A stretch of DNA of 64,000 nt from the human T2T-CHM13v2.0 reference genome, Homo sapiens: assembly GCF_009914755.1 (NCBI RefSeq), contig NC_060943.1; one strand, written 5' to 3'. The notes beneath the pieces were generated by a model. It made no database searches. It was not told where the DNA came from and worked only from the letters and a program-made list of their open reading frames with translations. Made by a program: the position numbers and the translations under genes. Below are positions 1 through 13,632 of the stretch, one piece after another; position 1 is the first letter of the stretch, and each line of letters starts with the position of its first letter.

Positions 1-54
1 GTGTATATCACAGCTTCATCAGTGTCAAGCTGGGGCAAAATAATAACCTTTCTC

Positions 55-170
55 CCACCAGCCACCCACCATCCTCCTACCATCCCCCCTCCATCCTCCT
101 ATCATCCCCCCTCCATCCTCCCCATCATCCCCCCATCTCCCCACCATCCCCCCACCAACCAACCACCAAT
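55..170. repeat. C-rich low-complexity (CCAT/CCA)-type tract
   Basis: ccaccatcctcctaccatccccc-type units. Confidence 0.85.
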
Positions 171-3100
171 CTCATGGCCTTCTGTAGGGGCCGATGCTAT
201 GAGCTCTTCACAACACATGGGTGGCTGGAATCAGTGGGTGCTCAATGAACCCCATCACAGATGAAGACAGCGGTGATGAGGCACAGGGCAGGGTCAGGCT
301 CTGCCTCTAAGTCCCTGGGTGGTCACTAGGGCCAGTAACTTGGGCAGGTCCTGCAGCCCTCAGTCTTACTGCTACTCACCCACCTCCCTCCCAGGCACTG
401 TGGGTGCTAGAGGCCAGTGGGTGCACCTCCCTGAGGCCCCAGGCTGCTGAGCCAGGAGACCCAGGGTCAGGCTCCAAAGGGAGGAAGGACATGTGCCCTT
501 AGCTATGGGTGGGTTGTATGTCACGTGCTGTGCGCTGTCCAGCTGGCGCACCAAGCACCCAGCTCATGAAAGGGTCCGGGTCGTGGCCCTCATCGTGCAG
601 CAGCCATTGGCAGGTGCGTTGTGCCTTGCTTCCTGCCTTTCTCCTGTCCACAGGCTGCACTCTCTGAGTCCTCCCTGAGGCCTGGCGCCCCAGCTAGGTG
701 TGGTCCAGGAAGCTGGCATGGCTGGGAGACCGAAACGCCCTGAGACGGGCCAGAGGCTCAGGCCTGGAAGGACCCTGAGAAGGCAGGGCCCCTCGCCAAG
801 GGGGTGCAACAAGGTGGTCTGGAACCCAAGAGAGGAGGGTGACCTAAGGGGGGTGGTGACAGCATGAGGTCACAGGGGTCATCAAGTGCTAGTTAAGCAG
901 GGTCAGCAGGGTTGGGAGGATGCACTTTTGGGCAGGGTCCTATTACTTGAGTAGGGTCCTGGCTGAGTTCAACTGCTCCAGCCTCTCCTAACTAGCCGTC
1001 TGCTATAGGGGCTGTGGTCACCAGCATAGGCACACGCTGGGACAGACCTCAGGGTTTCCTGCTCAGTCCCCTCTGGGGCTACCCCCAGGACCCCAGGGCC
1101 TGGATCTGAGAGCCATCCATCCGGGAGGAGAAGCCACCAGAGTTGGCACATCCCTGTGTCCTGGGCCACTCTGCCTCTGCATCCCACACCCCGCCCCTGT
1201 ATCCCCCACCCCTAAGCCTCGGGATAAGCCATCCCTGAAGGCTGCTGGAGGCGAGAGCCACTCCCCAGTGTCCACCAGCCGCTCAGTTTCCCATCAGGGT
1301 CCAGAAGTATTGATTCTCTTAATTGGTTGCCCATAGGGAACCAAAGAATAAAACCAGGCAAAGCAAAATAGAGCATTCTTTTTCGTTTTCCAGAAGTGTG
1401 ATCAGCAAAGCCTCACGGTTCTCTTACAAGGCCCCAGGCACCAGCCGCCCACCCCCAACGGAGGGAAGAGGCAGTGGTGGGCCCTGGGCCAAGCCTCCTG
1501 GCTGGGGCATCTGATACCCTTTCAGACCGAGCCTCTCCAGGCTCGGTCCAGGCTCACCACTGGTACCCCTCAGCAGCAGGCAGATGCACCCCCACCCCCA
1601 CCCAGCCCTGCAACCCTCCCAGCCAAGCCAGGGAGGGCCTGAGGATTTCATTATGAGCTCAGATTATCATCAAGGACAAGGGGGAGTGATGGGGAAGTTA
1701 CAAGCTCTCCTTTTAATAATGAATCCCATTTCCTCTTGGAGTTGGTTTTCTTGCAACAGATGCTGTTGCAGAAAATGGAACAAAATGGAAAAGATAAAAA
1801 GGCAAGTCATTAACGTGGCCAAAAAGCCTTCCCAGCAGATGTTGGGGATGGCGGGGCAGGGTGCCCACAGCCTGCCCACCGCACCCTCGCTTGGCCCGGC
1901 TGACCAGCTGCCACGGCAGGGACCCATATGTTCTCAGGATTCACGGCTTGGCTCGGTGTTGGGAAGCACAGAGCCACCCTCCCGCTGTTCAATAACTGAT
2001 GACCATTTTTCTCCAATTAAGCTGAAATTGAAGGATCCTCAGACGTAGACATCCAAGGGAAATAATTAGTGCTTAAAATGTTAATTGTGCTCAGATATGC
2101 CTGTGCTGTGGCGGCAGCTTGCCAGTGAGCAGGCATAGGTAAGTCACCTTCTGCCCTCAAGCAGCCCCCATCAGGCAGGCTGGTCTCCCCAGGGACCCAG
2201 TGTGGGCAGCCCAAGGCCAAGACCCTGGCAGCTTTTCTGATGGTGGACACTGGCTTAATGATAGTGAGACGTTCTGTGAACCCCCCAGCCTCCTGCCTGA
2301 CCGGCCCACCGTCCCCGGGCACTGGCAGGCAGCATCAGAGAGTGGTTACAGCAAGGACATGGAATCAGACAGCTCGGGCCTGGACCCACCACTCTGCCAG
2401 CCTACCTGGGCAGCAGTGTGGATGAGGGTGACCCACTTAACCTCTTTGAGACTCAGTGAGTGCCCTCATGCCAAACAGGGATAGTAAAACCTATCCTGCT
2501 GAAGCCCCCACGGGAGCGGGATCATTTCTCTGTCCAGCCTTTAACACCCCTCAGCATGGGGCCTGCGGCACCAGCTCCCAAATGAACAATGACAGAATGA
2601 GTGTTTTCCCTCCAACGGCGCCAGGAGGGGTCAGGGATCGGGGTAGCAGCGTGGTGTTTCCCCCTTCTGGGCAGCGGAGGGGCCCTGCTTGGCCAGCCAT
2701 TCAGACCCCACCAACCCTGCACCTAGGATTGGATGAGATTTCCTGCCCAGGGGTTGGAGTGAGATTTGCTGCCACAGCTGCCTGAGCCCCAGGACGAAGG
2801 GGAGGCTCCGCCTAGCGGGTATTGGACGCCCCAGCTGCCTGAGCCCGGGAGCCCTGGGATGAAGTAGGGGCTGCCCATGCCAACCGCAGTTCCCCCAACC
2901 TGCCCGCCGCCTAGGGGGAAGCACCACCCCCTGCCCGGGGAGAGGAATTCACTCCCACAGGGATTCTCCTGCTCATTACTCGACCCACGCGTGAGCCAGG
3001 CTTCGCTCTCTGCCAAGATGACACGTCTAAGAGGCTTAGTCTTCTTTATGCTGTGGATCCTGAGGAAATCCACTTAGATATTCTGTGTTCCCTGATCCGC

Positions 3101-4019
3101 CACATAAGATTCCTTTATCTCTTGTTGTCATGGGAAGTATATATTAACTGATTAATATTAATGTGTTGGCCGATTAATATTCATATCTGAACCGATTCGT
3201 ATTTCACAGGCAACGATACTGAGGAGCATGGCAGAGCCCAGACAGCTGTCGGTTTTAGGCAGTTCCCCGGGGAGTCGCAGAAGTCGCATCTGACCCTTCC
3301 CGCCGCCCCACGTTATGGACACCCTCTCATTAGCAGTGTCTGTCAGGGCTGGCATGCAAGTGTGTTTGGACTCTGATTGTGGCAATTAAAATCCTTGCCA
3401 TCCAAGACAGCATATTTTATCGTTTAAATAGCATTTTACATTCTTCTAACATATTTCCCCAGTAACATTGTTAAATTAGGTGATAAAAGGTTATTTTTGC
3501 TTCTGAAGTTGAAATACGTTACCATTATTCCTTATCTGCCTGGAATTAGAAAGGTTTCAGAATTAGTGTTCCAATGGTTTCATTATCAAAATTTGCCAGA
3601 CTTTATAAAACAAACAACAATTTTTTTGCCCTTGTGTTCAACAAAGATGGGCAAAGGCTTTGTCTTCTGACATTGGAGATTGCTTTCAGCGTTCGGTGGA
3701 GAAAGAAGCCACAGCCTTCCCTGCAGCCAGGGGGGTGCACTGGGGGCTGGGGGAAGGCTCGCTTGCATTTGAATTGGAGCCACCACTGTCACCTGTGCCA
3801 CTGCCTGGGCATCAGAGGCCACACAGGTCAGGGAGGTCACTCTTGCCCGTGGGAACGGCACAGCCAGAGCCTGCACCTTCACCAGGGGGAGCGGCCAGGA
3901 GCCTGCCTATGTAGCCTGCATGTAGCTTCTCCATCTCTGCTCCTGTCTCCCTCCAGCACCCCTTTCCAGCCCCAGCCCTTTCTAGGCCCCATCTCCAATC
4001 TTTTCTTCAGGACTTCTAA

Positions 4020-4810
4020 CACCACCAACTGTCCTCCATCTACCTATTATCCTCCCACCCACCATCTCCCCACCAACTTCCCACCTTCCCCCTACCAACC
4101 ACCCACCTTCCTCCCACCACCCACCCTCCATCCTCCCACCACCCACCCACCATCCTCCCACCACCCACCCACCATCCTCCTACCATCCCCCCTCCATCCT
4201 CCACCATCCCCCATCTCCTCACCATCCACCTGCCATCTCCTAACCATCCCCCACCAACCTCACACCATCCCCCCTCCATCTCCCACCATCCCCCACCAAC
4301 CTCCCACCATCTCCCACCATCCCCCCACCACCCACCATCCCCCCTCCATCCCCCACCAACCACCCACCATCCCCCCACCACCCACCATCCTCCTACCATC
4401 CCTCTCCATCCCCCACCATCCCCCGTCTCCTCACCATCCACCTGCCATCCCCCACCAACCACCCACCATCCCCACACCACCCACACACCATCCTCCTACC
4501 ATCCCAACACCACCTACCCACCATCCCCCACCAACCACCCACCCACCATCCCCCCACCACCCACCATCCTCCTACCACTACCCCTCCATCCCCCACCATC
4601 CCCCATCCCCTCACCATCCCCCACCAACCTCCCACCATCCCCACACCAACCACCCACCATCCTCCTACCATCCCCCCTCCATCCCCCCACCATCCCCCAT
4701 CTCCTCACCATCCCCCCTCCATCCCCCCACCATCCCCCAACAACCTCCCACCATCCCCACACCATCTCCCACCATCCATATGCCATCCCCACACCATCTC
4801 CCCACTACCC
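4020..4810. repeat. Long C-rich degenerate minisatellite (CCACCATCCCC-like units)
   Basis: ~800 bp almost devoid of G on the + strand. Confidence 0.95.
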
Positions 4811-7800
4811 TCTGTGTACCATCCTACCTGACATCAGTGTGCCCCCCGTGTGCATCTCCCCATCATCAGTGCATCACATCTGACAAGGAAGACACCCTTG
4901 TGTGGTACAAACCCCCTCCTCACTCACACTTGGCAGTCAAGTGTGCTATGAGCTGGGCCTGGGGCCTCATACCTGCTAATGGACTGCTTTATCCCCGCAC
5001 CTGGCATCCCCAAGTCACCCGGGTCCATGACCTCTTATGAGCAAACCGTCCTTGCTACAGCACTCTAGGCTGCGGGGCTCTTCCGAGAACACATTTCTCT
5101 CTAGAAGAAGCACACCAGGCAGGATGAGGGACTGTTCTGCTGGGATCAGGGGACCTTGCCGTGCATCTTAACCCTATGCCTGCTCTCATCCCCTTTCCCT
5201 CTGTTTTTGGTTTGATCCAAGGACAGGATCGACTTTACCAAAGAGGAGGCTCATCCTCTCCCAGACGTCCAACCAGGATGGAGCTTTAGCTTGACTGGTG
5301 GGAACAGTCCAGGGTGCTGTGTGGCAGCCCCTCAAGTGTTTGCCCACCTGCATGCCCGCTCCAGCCTCTGCCACGTCTCACAGGGACAACTGTCCCAGCT
5401 GTCAGAGGCAGGGGTGACAGCCTCTCAAATAGACTAGCTAAGAACAGAGCTGGGAGAGCAAGGCTACCAGTTTCCTCCTGAGCCCAGGCTGGGGTCCATG
5501 CAAATCTGTTGTGGATGTGAACCTTGAAGTTGATTGCAGATGATGTGAACCTCTGAGATCCTGCTCTGCAGGGCCAGGTCTTGATGGAAAAGGATCCCTT
5601 TCTGCTGAGCACCTGAGTGAGAGATGCCGGCTCAGGGGCACCTGTCTGCAGCCTGATCCTCCTTCTTCCGAGCAGCTCAGCCCTGCAGAGCCATCCTAGC
5701 CTGGCCCATCCTTGTGTCTCTCACTTGCGGATGCAGCAGAGCTAAAGGCTGGAAATGACATTCTCAGGATGCCCACCACCCATGCACCCCCCAGGGGCTC
5801 AGGATGGTGCCTTCCTGTGGACTTCCGGATTTCCAAAATCCCTGCTGTCTGCAACCACAGATTTTCACAGAAGCCTCTGGCACTGGAAACCTTCTGATGC
5901 CCCTGTCAAAGCTCCCACCGCCTGACACACCTGTGCTGTGCTCACCCCGCCCCATACTCCCTGTTACACAGCAGCCCTTCATTCTGTAATCAACTCCCAG
6001 ACAAACAGAAAACATGCTAGCAGCCGTCATAAGCATCCCCCATGTGATTTATTGCCATCATCACAATATTTTGTTTGGAGCTGTAATCCTCCGGACATAA
6101 ATCAAGTCATTAGAAGGAATGACGTTTAATCCTGGGGAAGATGCTGTGGTGGGCTGAGCAGCAGTGAATCACCTCTCACCCTGCTAGTGAATCATTCATT
6201 CTAGAAAGAACGGCCCTCCACACACCTACCTGGCCCGCTCCTCATCCCTGCCACGCGCAGGCGTGAAAGACAGAAGGCACAAGCCAGGCTTGTTTGTTTC
6301 CCGGAATAGCACATTTCACAACCGCAAAGAGGTGCCCAAAACACATGCCCGGTGCTCCAGACTGGAGCCTTAATTCCTCCAGAAATGCACGCAGCCTGGA
6401 GGGGCTGCCTCTGTGTCCGTGGTGGGCTCTCTTCGTCCCGAGAGCAGCTGCGCTGGTTGGACTTCAAAGGAAGCAGGAAAACAGCTCAGATATCTTCTTT
6501 AGCTCTCCTTTCACGGTGACCCCAGACGCCCTACCAACAGCCATTACATGGGAGCACATTCCGTTTGCAAAGCTGGCGGGTCTAATTGCAGGGCCTTTGG
6601 TGGAGATGTGCAGGCAGAGGCTAAGCAAAGAGTTTGAGGCCTTGAAAGGGGAATTCAGGGACCTCGGGCACTGTCTTCCAGGAGCCCAGTAAGCTCCTCC
6701 ACCCCCACCCAGGCAAACACCGGCTTCCAGTTCCCTGCAAATGGCACCTCTCTTGGAGCAAGGAGACACCCCCAAAGTGCTGGAGAGCGAAGAACGGGAA
6801 GGGGGTTGGGTCTTGGCTGACGGATTGCCTTAGAAGACTTCATGTTATTGAATAACGTGAATACTGTGATGATGGCCAATTCCAGGTGCGCATGAAGATC
6901 GTGAAAATAACAGCTATTTCCAGTGTTTACATCTACTTAATATTCTCGTGCTCAGAGCTAACGAGGCTGGCGTTAGGCGGTGACGTGGGCCTGTTTGAAG
7001 GATGCTGGAAGTCGCGGGCCTAGGTTGCATGGTGTGTGTCTGGGCTGCCTCCCAAACCGAGGTATGTGGCCCAGATCTGGCTAATGGACAGTTTCACCCA
7101 AGCTCTGTCCTGTTTCCAGCTGACAGCTGCTACCTGCAGGTGCTGCTCGAGTCTGTCTCTGGTTCACCATAAGCCAAGGTTGGGTCTTCTCCCCCAAGGG
7201 CTCCTCCATTCCCTGAGACCTCCCTGTCTGGGGGTCCTGGCAGCATGCTATGGGAGGAGTCCTCCAGACATTTCCCTCACCCTCACCCCTCATACCCCTG
7301 ACTCACCAAACCCTCTAGCCCTCTGGCTTTGTTGTTCTGCAAAATCCAACATTTCCTTTTCCTACCCCCGCCCAACCTGCCTAAGTTCAGATGTCCCCAC
7401 TCCTCACCTCCATCATAAGGTAAGAACCTGAATTTGTTTTCCCACTTCCTTTTGGGCCTCACTCTTCTCCAAGTTCCCCAGTCACCTCCAGAATGACTTC
7501 TGAACATGCAACCCTCAGGAGTCTCTCCGCCCTCCCCACTTTCCCCAACCCTGCAGTCAGCACCCCAGGGCTCTGGAGGCTGTACAGGTATGAGATGCAA
7601 AGGGCCTGTGGTTTAGGTGTGAGTGTGGTATGGGGGTGTGGAGGCAGCCCCGTCTGGCATGGCTGTGAGGGGGCAGTGGAAGACAGGCTGTCTGTGCTCC
7701 CATGATGGTCTGGGGCCCCCCTGGTCAGCCCACATGGCCCTGTGGGGGCTCCTGCTGCTACAGGGTGCTGGGCTGGGCGGAGGAAGAGCTGGCCATTCAG

Positions 7801-8075
7801 GATGGGCGCAGTGGCTCATGCCTGTAATCCCAGCACTTTGGGAGGCCCAGGCAGGTGGATTGCTTGAGCCCAGGAGTTCAAGACCAGCCTGGGCAACATA
7901 GTAAAACCCCGTCTTTACTGAAAACACAAAATTTAGCCAGGTGTGGTGGCGCACGCCTGCTACTCTGGAGGCTGAGGCATGAGAATCGCTTGAACCAGGA
8001 GGTGGAGGTTGCAGTGAGCCAAAACCATGCCACTGCACTCCAGCCTGGGCAACAGAGTGAGACGCGGTCTCAAAA
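7801..8075 (+). mobile_element. Alu (J/S-type) with TSD aagagc(t/c)ggccattcag
   Basis: Alu consensus; TSD at 7784-7800 and 8266-8282 flanks the Alu plus its tail. Confidence 0.95.
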
Positions 8076-8269
<194 letters not shown>

Positions 8270-8387
8270 GCCGGCCATTCAGAAGGGAGCAGAAAGGGGC
8301 TCTTGGACAGGTATCCAGGGGAGGTGATGTCCCCACAGCCAGCCACTGACAAGCCCAAGATTGGCATCCATACTCAGGTTTGGTGTC

Positions 8388-8515
8388 TTTTTTTAAGAGA
8401 TGGGATCTCACTATGTTGCCCAGACTCAACATGGGAGCTCAAACTCCTGGGCTCAAGCAATCCTCCTGCCCCAGCCTCCCGAGTAGCTGGGATTCCATGT
8501 GTGCACCACCACGCC
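8388..8515 (-). mobile_element. Partial Alu/FLAM-like monomer
   Basis: Antisense Alu motifs ctcaagcaatcctcctgcc...gtagctgggatt. Confidence 0.8.
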
Positions 8516-9450
8516 AGTATTATGCTCAAGTTTGACCCCTCAAAGAAGCTGGTGTAATCCTCAGGCCAGAGCCTTCCAGAGCTTCTCTTGCCCCAGCCCT
8601 TGGCTGGACCTGACTCCAGCTTCAAGGCCCTGCCCTGGGAGATTCACCCCAGCTCTGAAATGTAGACTGCAGCTATCCAGACCCTCGGCAGGGAAGAGCC
8701 GGACTGACGGCCAGAGCCCCTGAGTGCTCCGGGCAGTCTCTGGCCTTGTCCCTGCAACCTGTGAATTGCCAGAGTCTCTGTTCTGTTCTGGTGGGGTGGG
8801 GTGGGGGGGCACACAGGATGACCCCTCAGCTGCAGCTGCCCCTCGGTGTTCCCTGAGATGCCAGAGAGAAGACACTGGAGATGTTGGTGTAGGGGTGGGG
8901 GTGGGCCTGGAACTGTAGCTGCCCATTCACTGTGCTTGAGTCAGGGCCGTCACCCAGACTCCGGGACCCCTGTGGGTACAGTCAGTGACCATCAGTGCTC
9001 AGCCGTCTGGGAGCTCTTCCAAGGATCAGAGCACCCATCCCTGAGCCCCTAGGCAGCCCTTTGCAGTCTGGAGCCCCACTCTCCCCAGGGTGTCTGCAGA
9101 GCCCCACCCAGGCCAGAGCGGCCTGCAGTGGGGGTCACTTCAAAGAAGCATCACTTAAGACAGATTCACTTTTGTGGCTCTTTAGGGTATCACAGCAACA
9201 GCTGTGACAGGCTTGACAGCTCCAGGCCAGCTCGGTAATTGACGTGGCAGCCAGAACAATGCATCCCAAGGCCGGCTGGAGCTGGACCGATCATTTTCTT
9301 GCAGCTGGGCCACAGTGGTAATGAGGCTGCCGTCCTGGCTGCCTGACTCCATTCCAGGGTGAAGAAGGACATGCTGCCCACGTCTGCCCCTGGAGGGCCT
9401 GTCTCAGGGCTGGGCCAGTGGGTAGGGAGCACTTTTCCTGTAAACAGGCA

Positions 9451-9870
9451 TGTGTCAGCACATTCTTGCACTGCTATAAATAAATACCTGAGACTGGGCA
9501 GTTTATAAAGAAAAGAGGTTTCATTGGCTCACGGCTCTGCAGGCTGGACAGGAAGTGTGGCCCCAGCATCCACTTGGTTTCTTGGCGGGGGGGGGCGGTG
9601 CTCAAAGAGCTTTTACTCATGGCAGCGGGCAAGCGGGAGTGTGCGTGTCACCTGGTGAAAGCAGGAACAAAGGGTGAGACTTGGGGGCAGGCGGTGCCAC
9701 ACTTCACAACAACCAGATCTCATGAGAATTCATTCACTATTACAGGGATGGCACCAAGCCATGAAGGATCCCCCCATGAGCCAAACACCCCCCACCAGGA
9801 CCCACCCCCAACACTGGGGATCACACTTCAACATGAGATTTGGGCGGGGACGAATGTCCAAACTACATCA
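9451..9870 (-). mobile_element. MaLR solo LTR (MSTB-like)
   Basis: TG...CA ends, tgctataaataaatacctgagactggg and aaagaaaagaggtt motifs; near-TSD aggca/agaca. Confidence 0.85.
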
Positions 9871-10474
9871 AGACAGCCCCTTTATGGGGCCACCCCAGCC
9901 TCGGGCTCCAGCCTGACTCACTTGCTTCTATTTGCTGGTAACCCCACAATGGGAATTCACCATTATTTAGACCAAATGAGGTGCCTTCCTGCAGAGCTGG
10001 CTGCAGAGTGGTCACCACGTGCCATGTCAGCCAGACAAGAGGAGGCGTTGACATCCGTCCCATTTAACCCACCAGGCATGGTGCTGTGAGGTCACGGCTG
10101 CTGAGAGCCTGGGGTGGGATCCCGGTGGGCCCAGAAAATGGCAGCCTCCAGGCCCAGGCCCACTGCCTCTACCCCTCTTTCCCTGAGAAGTGCTGGTATC
10201 ATGCCCCCACTGGCCCAGAAGAGCCACAGGTGGCTGAATGAGCTCCCACAGGCACGTCTGCCCCCCGCACCTCTGACCAGCCACCCCTGATCCCCTAATT
10301 CCCTCTCCTCCAACTGCCCTCTGGATGTCTGCACTTGGGAGACCTGTAGTCAGGTCTCCTCAAAGTCCACAGGGATCTGTCCTCCTGCGCAGGGAATAGC
10401 ATCAGCATTCACCACTGCTAAAGTCAGAAGCCAGCGTCTCCCTCTGCAGTCAGCCAGTCCCAGGTCCTGCTGAT

Positions 10475-10660
10475 GTAGTGGCGAGTTCAGGCCAACTTGT
10501 CCTGGCCCCCAAGGGCCCAGCCCCACATGACATCAGTAGTTTGAAATCTGCCATGATGGGATTTCAGACCACGGAAATCAGCAAACACTGCAAACCAGGC
10601 TGCTCCCCGCTCCCACCCCATCACCCAGAAAGTCAGGTGTTCAACATTTCCCAGCACACC
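10475..10660. mobile_element. MER63-like hAT DNA transposon fragment
   Basis: gtagtttgaaatctgccatgatggg...ccacggaaatcagcaaacactgcaaaccagg...aacatttcccagcacacc resembles the recalled MER63 consensus. Confidence 0.55.
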
Positions 10661-10929
10661 TCCATCTCCCGAAATGTTCTTCAACTCTCCCTCCACTGTT
10701 TCATCATCCCCTGGGTCCAGGCCTCAAGAGTCTCCTGCCTGGATAGTGACAGCAATCCCCTGACCAACCTTTCTGCTGTATCTTTGACTCCATCTCAGAA
10801 TGGTCCTTAAATTCAAAATAACTCCACACCCTAAAGCTCTTTGAGACTCTCCTGGGCCTTAGGAGGTAAGGTCTAGTGTCTTTGCATGGCTATAAAGCCT
10901 CTTTCTTGCCGGCCAGCCATCATGGTTGC

Positions 10930-11387
10930 CCTTTCTTCCCTCCCTCTCTCCTTCCCTCCCTCCCTCCCTCCCTCCCTCCCTCCCTCTCTCTTTCTTTCTC
11001 TTTCTTTCCCTTTCCTCCCCTCCCTCCCTCCCTCCCTTCCTTCCTTCCCTCCTTCCTTCCTCCCTTCCTCCCTTCTTCCTTCCTTTCTCTTTTCTTTTCT
11101 TTTGAGACAGGATCTCACTCTGTCACCCAGGCTGGAGTGCAGTGGTGCAATCATAGCTCACTGCAGCCTCTAACGCTTGGACTCAACTGATCCTCCCACC
11201 TTAGCCTTCTGAGCAGCTGGGACTACAGGTGCCCATCACTGTGCCCAGGCTAATTTTTTCATTTTTTTTTAGAGATGGGGTCTCACTATGTTGTCCAGGC
11301 TGGTCTTAAACTTCTGGCCTCAAGTAATCCATCCATCTTGGCCTCCAAAGCACTGGGATTAAAGGTGTAAACCACTGTACCTGGCCC
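10930..11387 (-). mobile_element. AluJ with CT-rich (CCCT/CCTT)n tail
   Basis: Antisense Alu 11103-11387 preceded by a polypyrimidine simple repeat. Confidence 0.92.
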
Positions 11388-11599
11388 TGCCTTTTCTTGA
11401 CACTCTTCAGTCTCTGGACCCATCTCTTCATCCCAGGAGCCTTGCTTTCATGGTGGAAGGCCATGAAGCTCTGCCAGAAATGTCCTCATTACCCTCAGGT
11501 GCCAATTTATTGTCACGATCTTCAGGAGCTGTCACCTGCAACACTGAGCTAGCTAACATGTCAACTGTCCCACATTGCCTGCAAAGTCCTCCATGGCTG

Positions 11600-11765
11600 C
11601 CATCACACATGGAGTTGCTGGCCAGTGCCTCTCCTCCTTGCTAGACTGGAAGCTTCATGAGGGCAGGGGCCACACTATCCCATTCCTGGTTAAGACACTG
11701 TCATCAGTACCTAAGATGCTACTGGCCCGTATAGGTGCTCCATCAATGTGAAGTGAATGGATACA
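11600..11765 (+). mobile_element. L2 3' end fragment
   Basis: ctagactggaagcttcatgagggcagggg...taggtgctccatcaatgtgaagtgaatgg. Confidence 0.65.
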
Positions 11766-11989
11766 TGGGGGCAGATGGCAGGATCATTCCGCGTGGTGTA
11801 CTGCAAAGTGGAGGCCAGCCAGTTGGTCTTGCTGTCAACATCCCACGTGGGAAGCAGAGACAGGGCAAGCCAGGGAGCGACACTGGGTTGTGGGATAGGG
11901 CCACGCAGTTCGTTCTTTCCCATTTGCAGCAGCAACCACTAGCTCTGGCTTGTTCTTCCAGGCCCACATGTGTTGAAGGAAGACAAGCA

Positions 11990-12607
11990 GCCAGGCACGG
12001 TGGCTTATGCCTGTAATCCCACCACTTTGGGAGGCTGATGCAGGAGGATCGCTTGAGGCCAGGAGTTGCTGGGCAGCATAGTGAGACCTTGCCTCTATGA
12101 ATTTTTTTTTTTTCTGAGACAGAGTCTCACTCTGTCATCCAGGCTGGAGTGCAGTGGCACAATCTCAGCTCACTGCAACCTCCACCTCCCAGGTTCAAGT
12201 AAGGCTCATGCCCCAGCCTCCTGAGTAGCTGGGATTACAGGTCTCCACCACCACACTGGCCAATTTTTGTATTTACTTAGTGGAGATGGGATTTCGTCAT
12301 GTTGGCCAGGCTGGTCTTGAACTGCTGACCTCAGGTGATACACCCGCCTCAGCCTCCCAAAGTGCTGGGATTACAGGCATGAGCCAGCACACCTGGCCAA
12401 AATATACATATATATATATAGTATAAAAATATGTATATATGTATATATTTTTTTAATTAGCTGGGCTTGGTGGTGCACACCTGTAGTCCCAGCTACTTGG
12501 GAGGCTGAAGTGGGAGGATCACTTGAGCCCAGGAGTTCAGGATTATAGTGAGCCATGACCACGGCACTCCAGCATGGGCAACAGAATGAGACACTGTCTC
12601 AAAAAAG
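11990..12607. mobile_element. AluJ (+) split at its middle linker by an antisense AluS (12102-12398)
   Basis: Left arm 11990-12100, inverted full Alu, AT-rich spacer, right arm 12458-12607. Confidence 0.9.
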
Positions 12608-13632
12608 AAAGGAAGGAAGGAAGTGGGGGAGGGAGAGAGGGAAAGGATACATAAAGGAAAGAAGAGGCATGATCTGCTGTAAGCCATGTGCCATGGACTC
12701 CTAGAAACCACACAGGGATGTGCACACAACCACACACTCCCCACCCAGGGCACGCTACATCACACACACAGGAAGCAGGCACCTGTGCAGCACAAATGTG
12801 TGCTGTGGTGCATTTCCTCGGCATGCCTGGTGTGACAGACCATAGGACATGCACACCTGATCCCATGCGACATGCACATGTGTAAGGGGTGATGCAGTGG
12901 GTGGCGCGGGTGTGCTGGGGTCACACACACCCTGAACACTGTAGAGGTCACTGCAGGCTCTGACCGAGGGATGCTGAGAAGCAGGAGCTGAGGATCTCTC
13001 CCTGTAGACAGGCAGGGCACCAGCTCAGGACTCCCCTTCCCAACCCACTCAGTGATGGGCAGGTGGGTAGATGTGGCGCAGGCGGGACAGCCGTTGGGTT
13101 TGTAGACTGGCTGACCAGCTGACCGGCTGACTGACAGGCAGCTCTGATGCTCGACTCTCTGACAGCTCCAAGGGAATTCACGACCAAGGCTGAGCTGACA
13201 GGAACCACCCAGCTGAATCGTGGATCCTAATCACTAAGGCGAGGGAACAGAATCACTAAACGAAACAAGTGCGGTCAGAGCCGTCAGGCGCTCATCGGCC
13301 AGAGACAGGAAGATGCAGGCTCCGCTCCTCTGCAGATGCACCCCAGTGTCGCTGCGCTGGGGGCAGGAGCTGCGCTGCGGGAGATTCAGCCCCTGCAAAG
13401 GGAACCAGGTGATCAGCATGCCAGGAGCAGCTGACTTTCAACCAATGGGCTCTGGCTCTGCCCCGCTTTGTGTCCCATTTGGTGTGCACATTTGTGGATT
13501 TGCAAGATGCATATGTTTGGCACATTTTACCGATGAATTTTTAGCCCATTTTACCAATGAAACACGTTCAGCAAGGTCAAGGCACTTGTCCAAGGTCACA
13601 CAGCAGTGGGTGTGTGCGCTCAGTTTTCTCTC

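Noticed and set aside
3574-5040. 488-aa Pro/His-rich ORF
   Set aside because: Produced by a C-rich low-complexity tract that rarely forms stop codons; no domain, intronic
5301-5320. Second RE1-like sequence GGAACAGTCCAGGGTGCTGT
   Set aside because: Only 16/20, with mismatches in the GCTGTCC core
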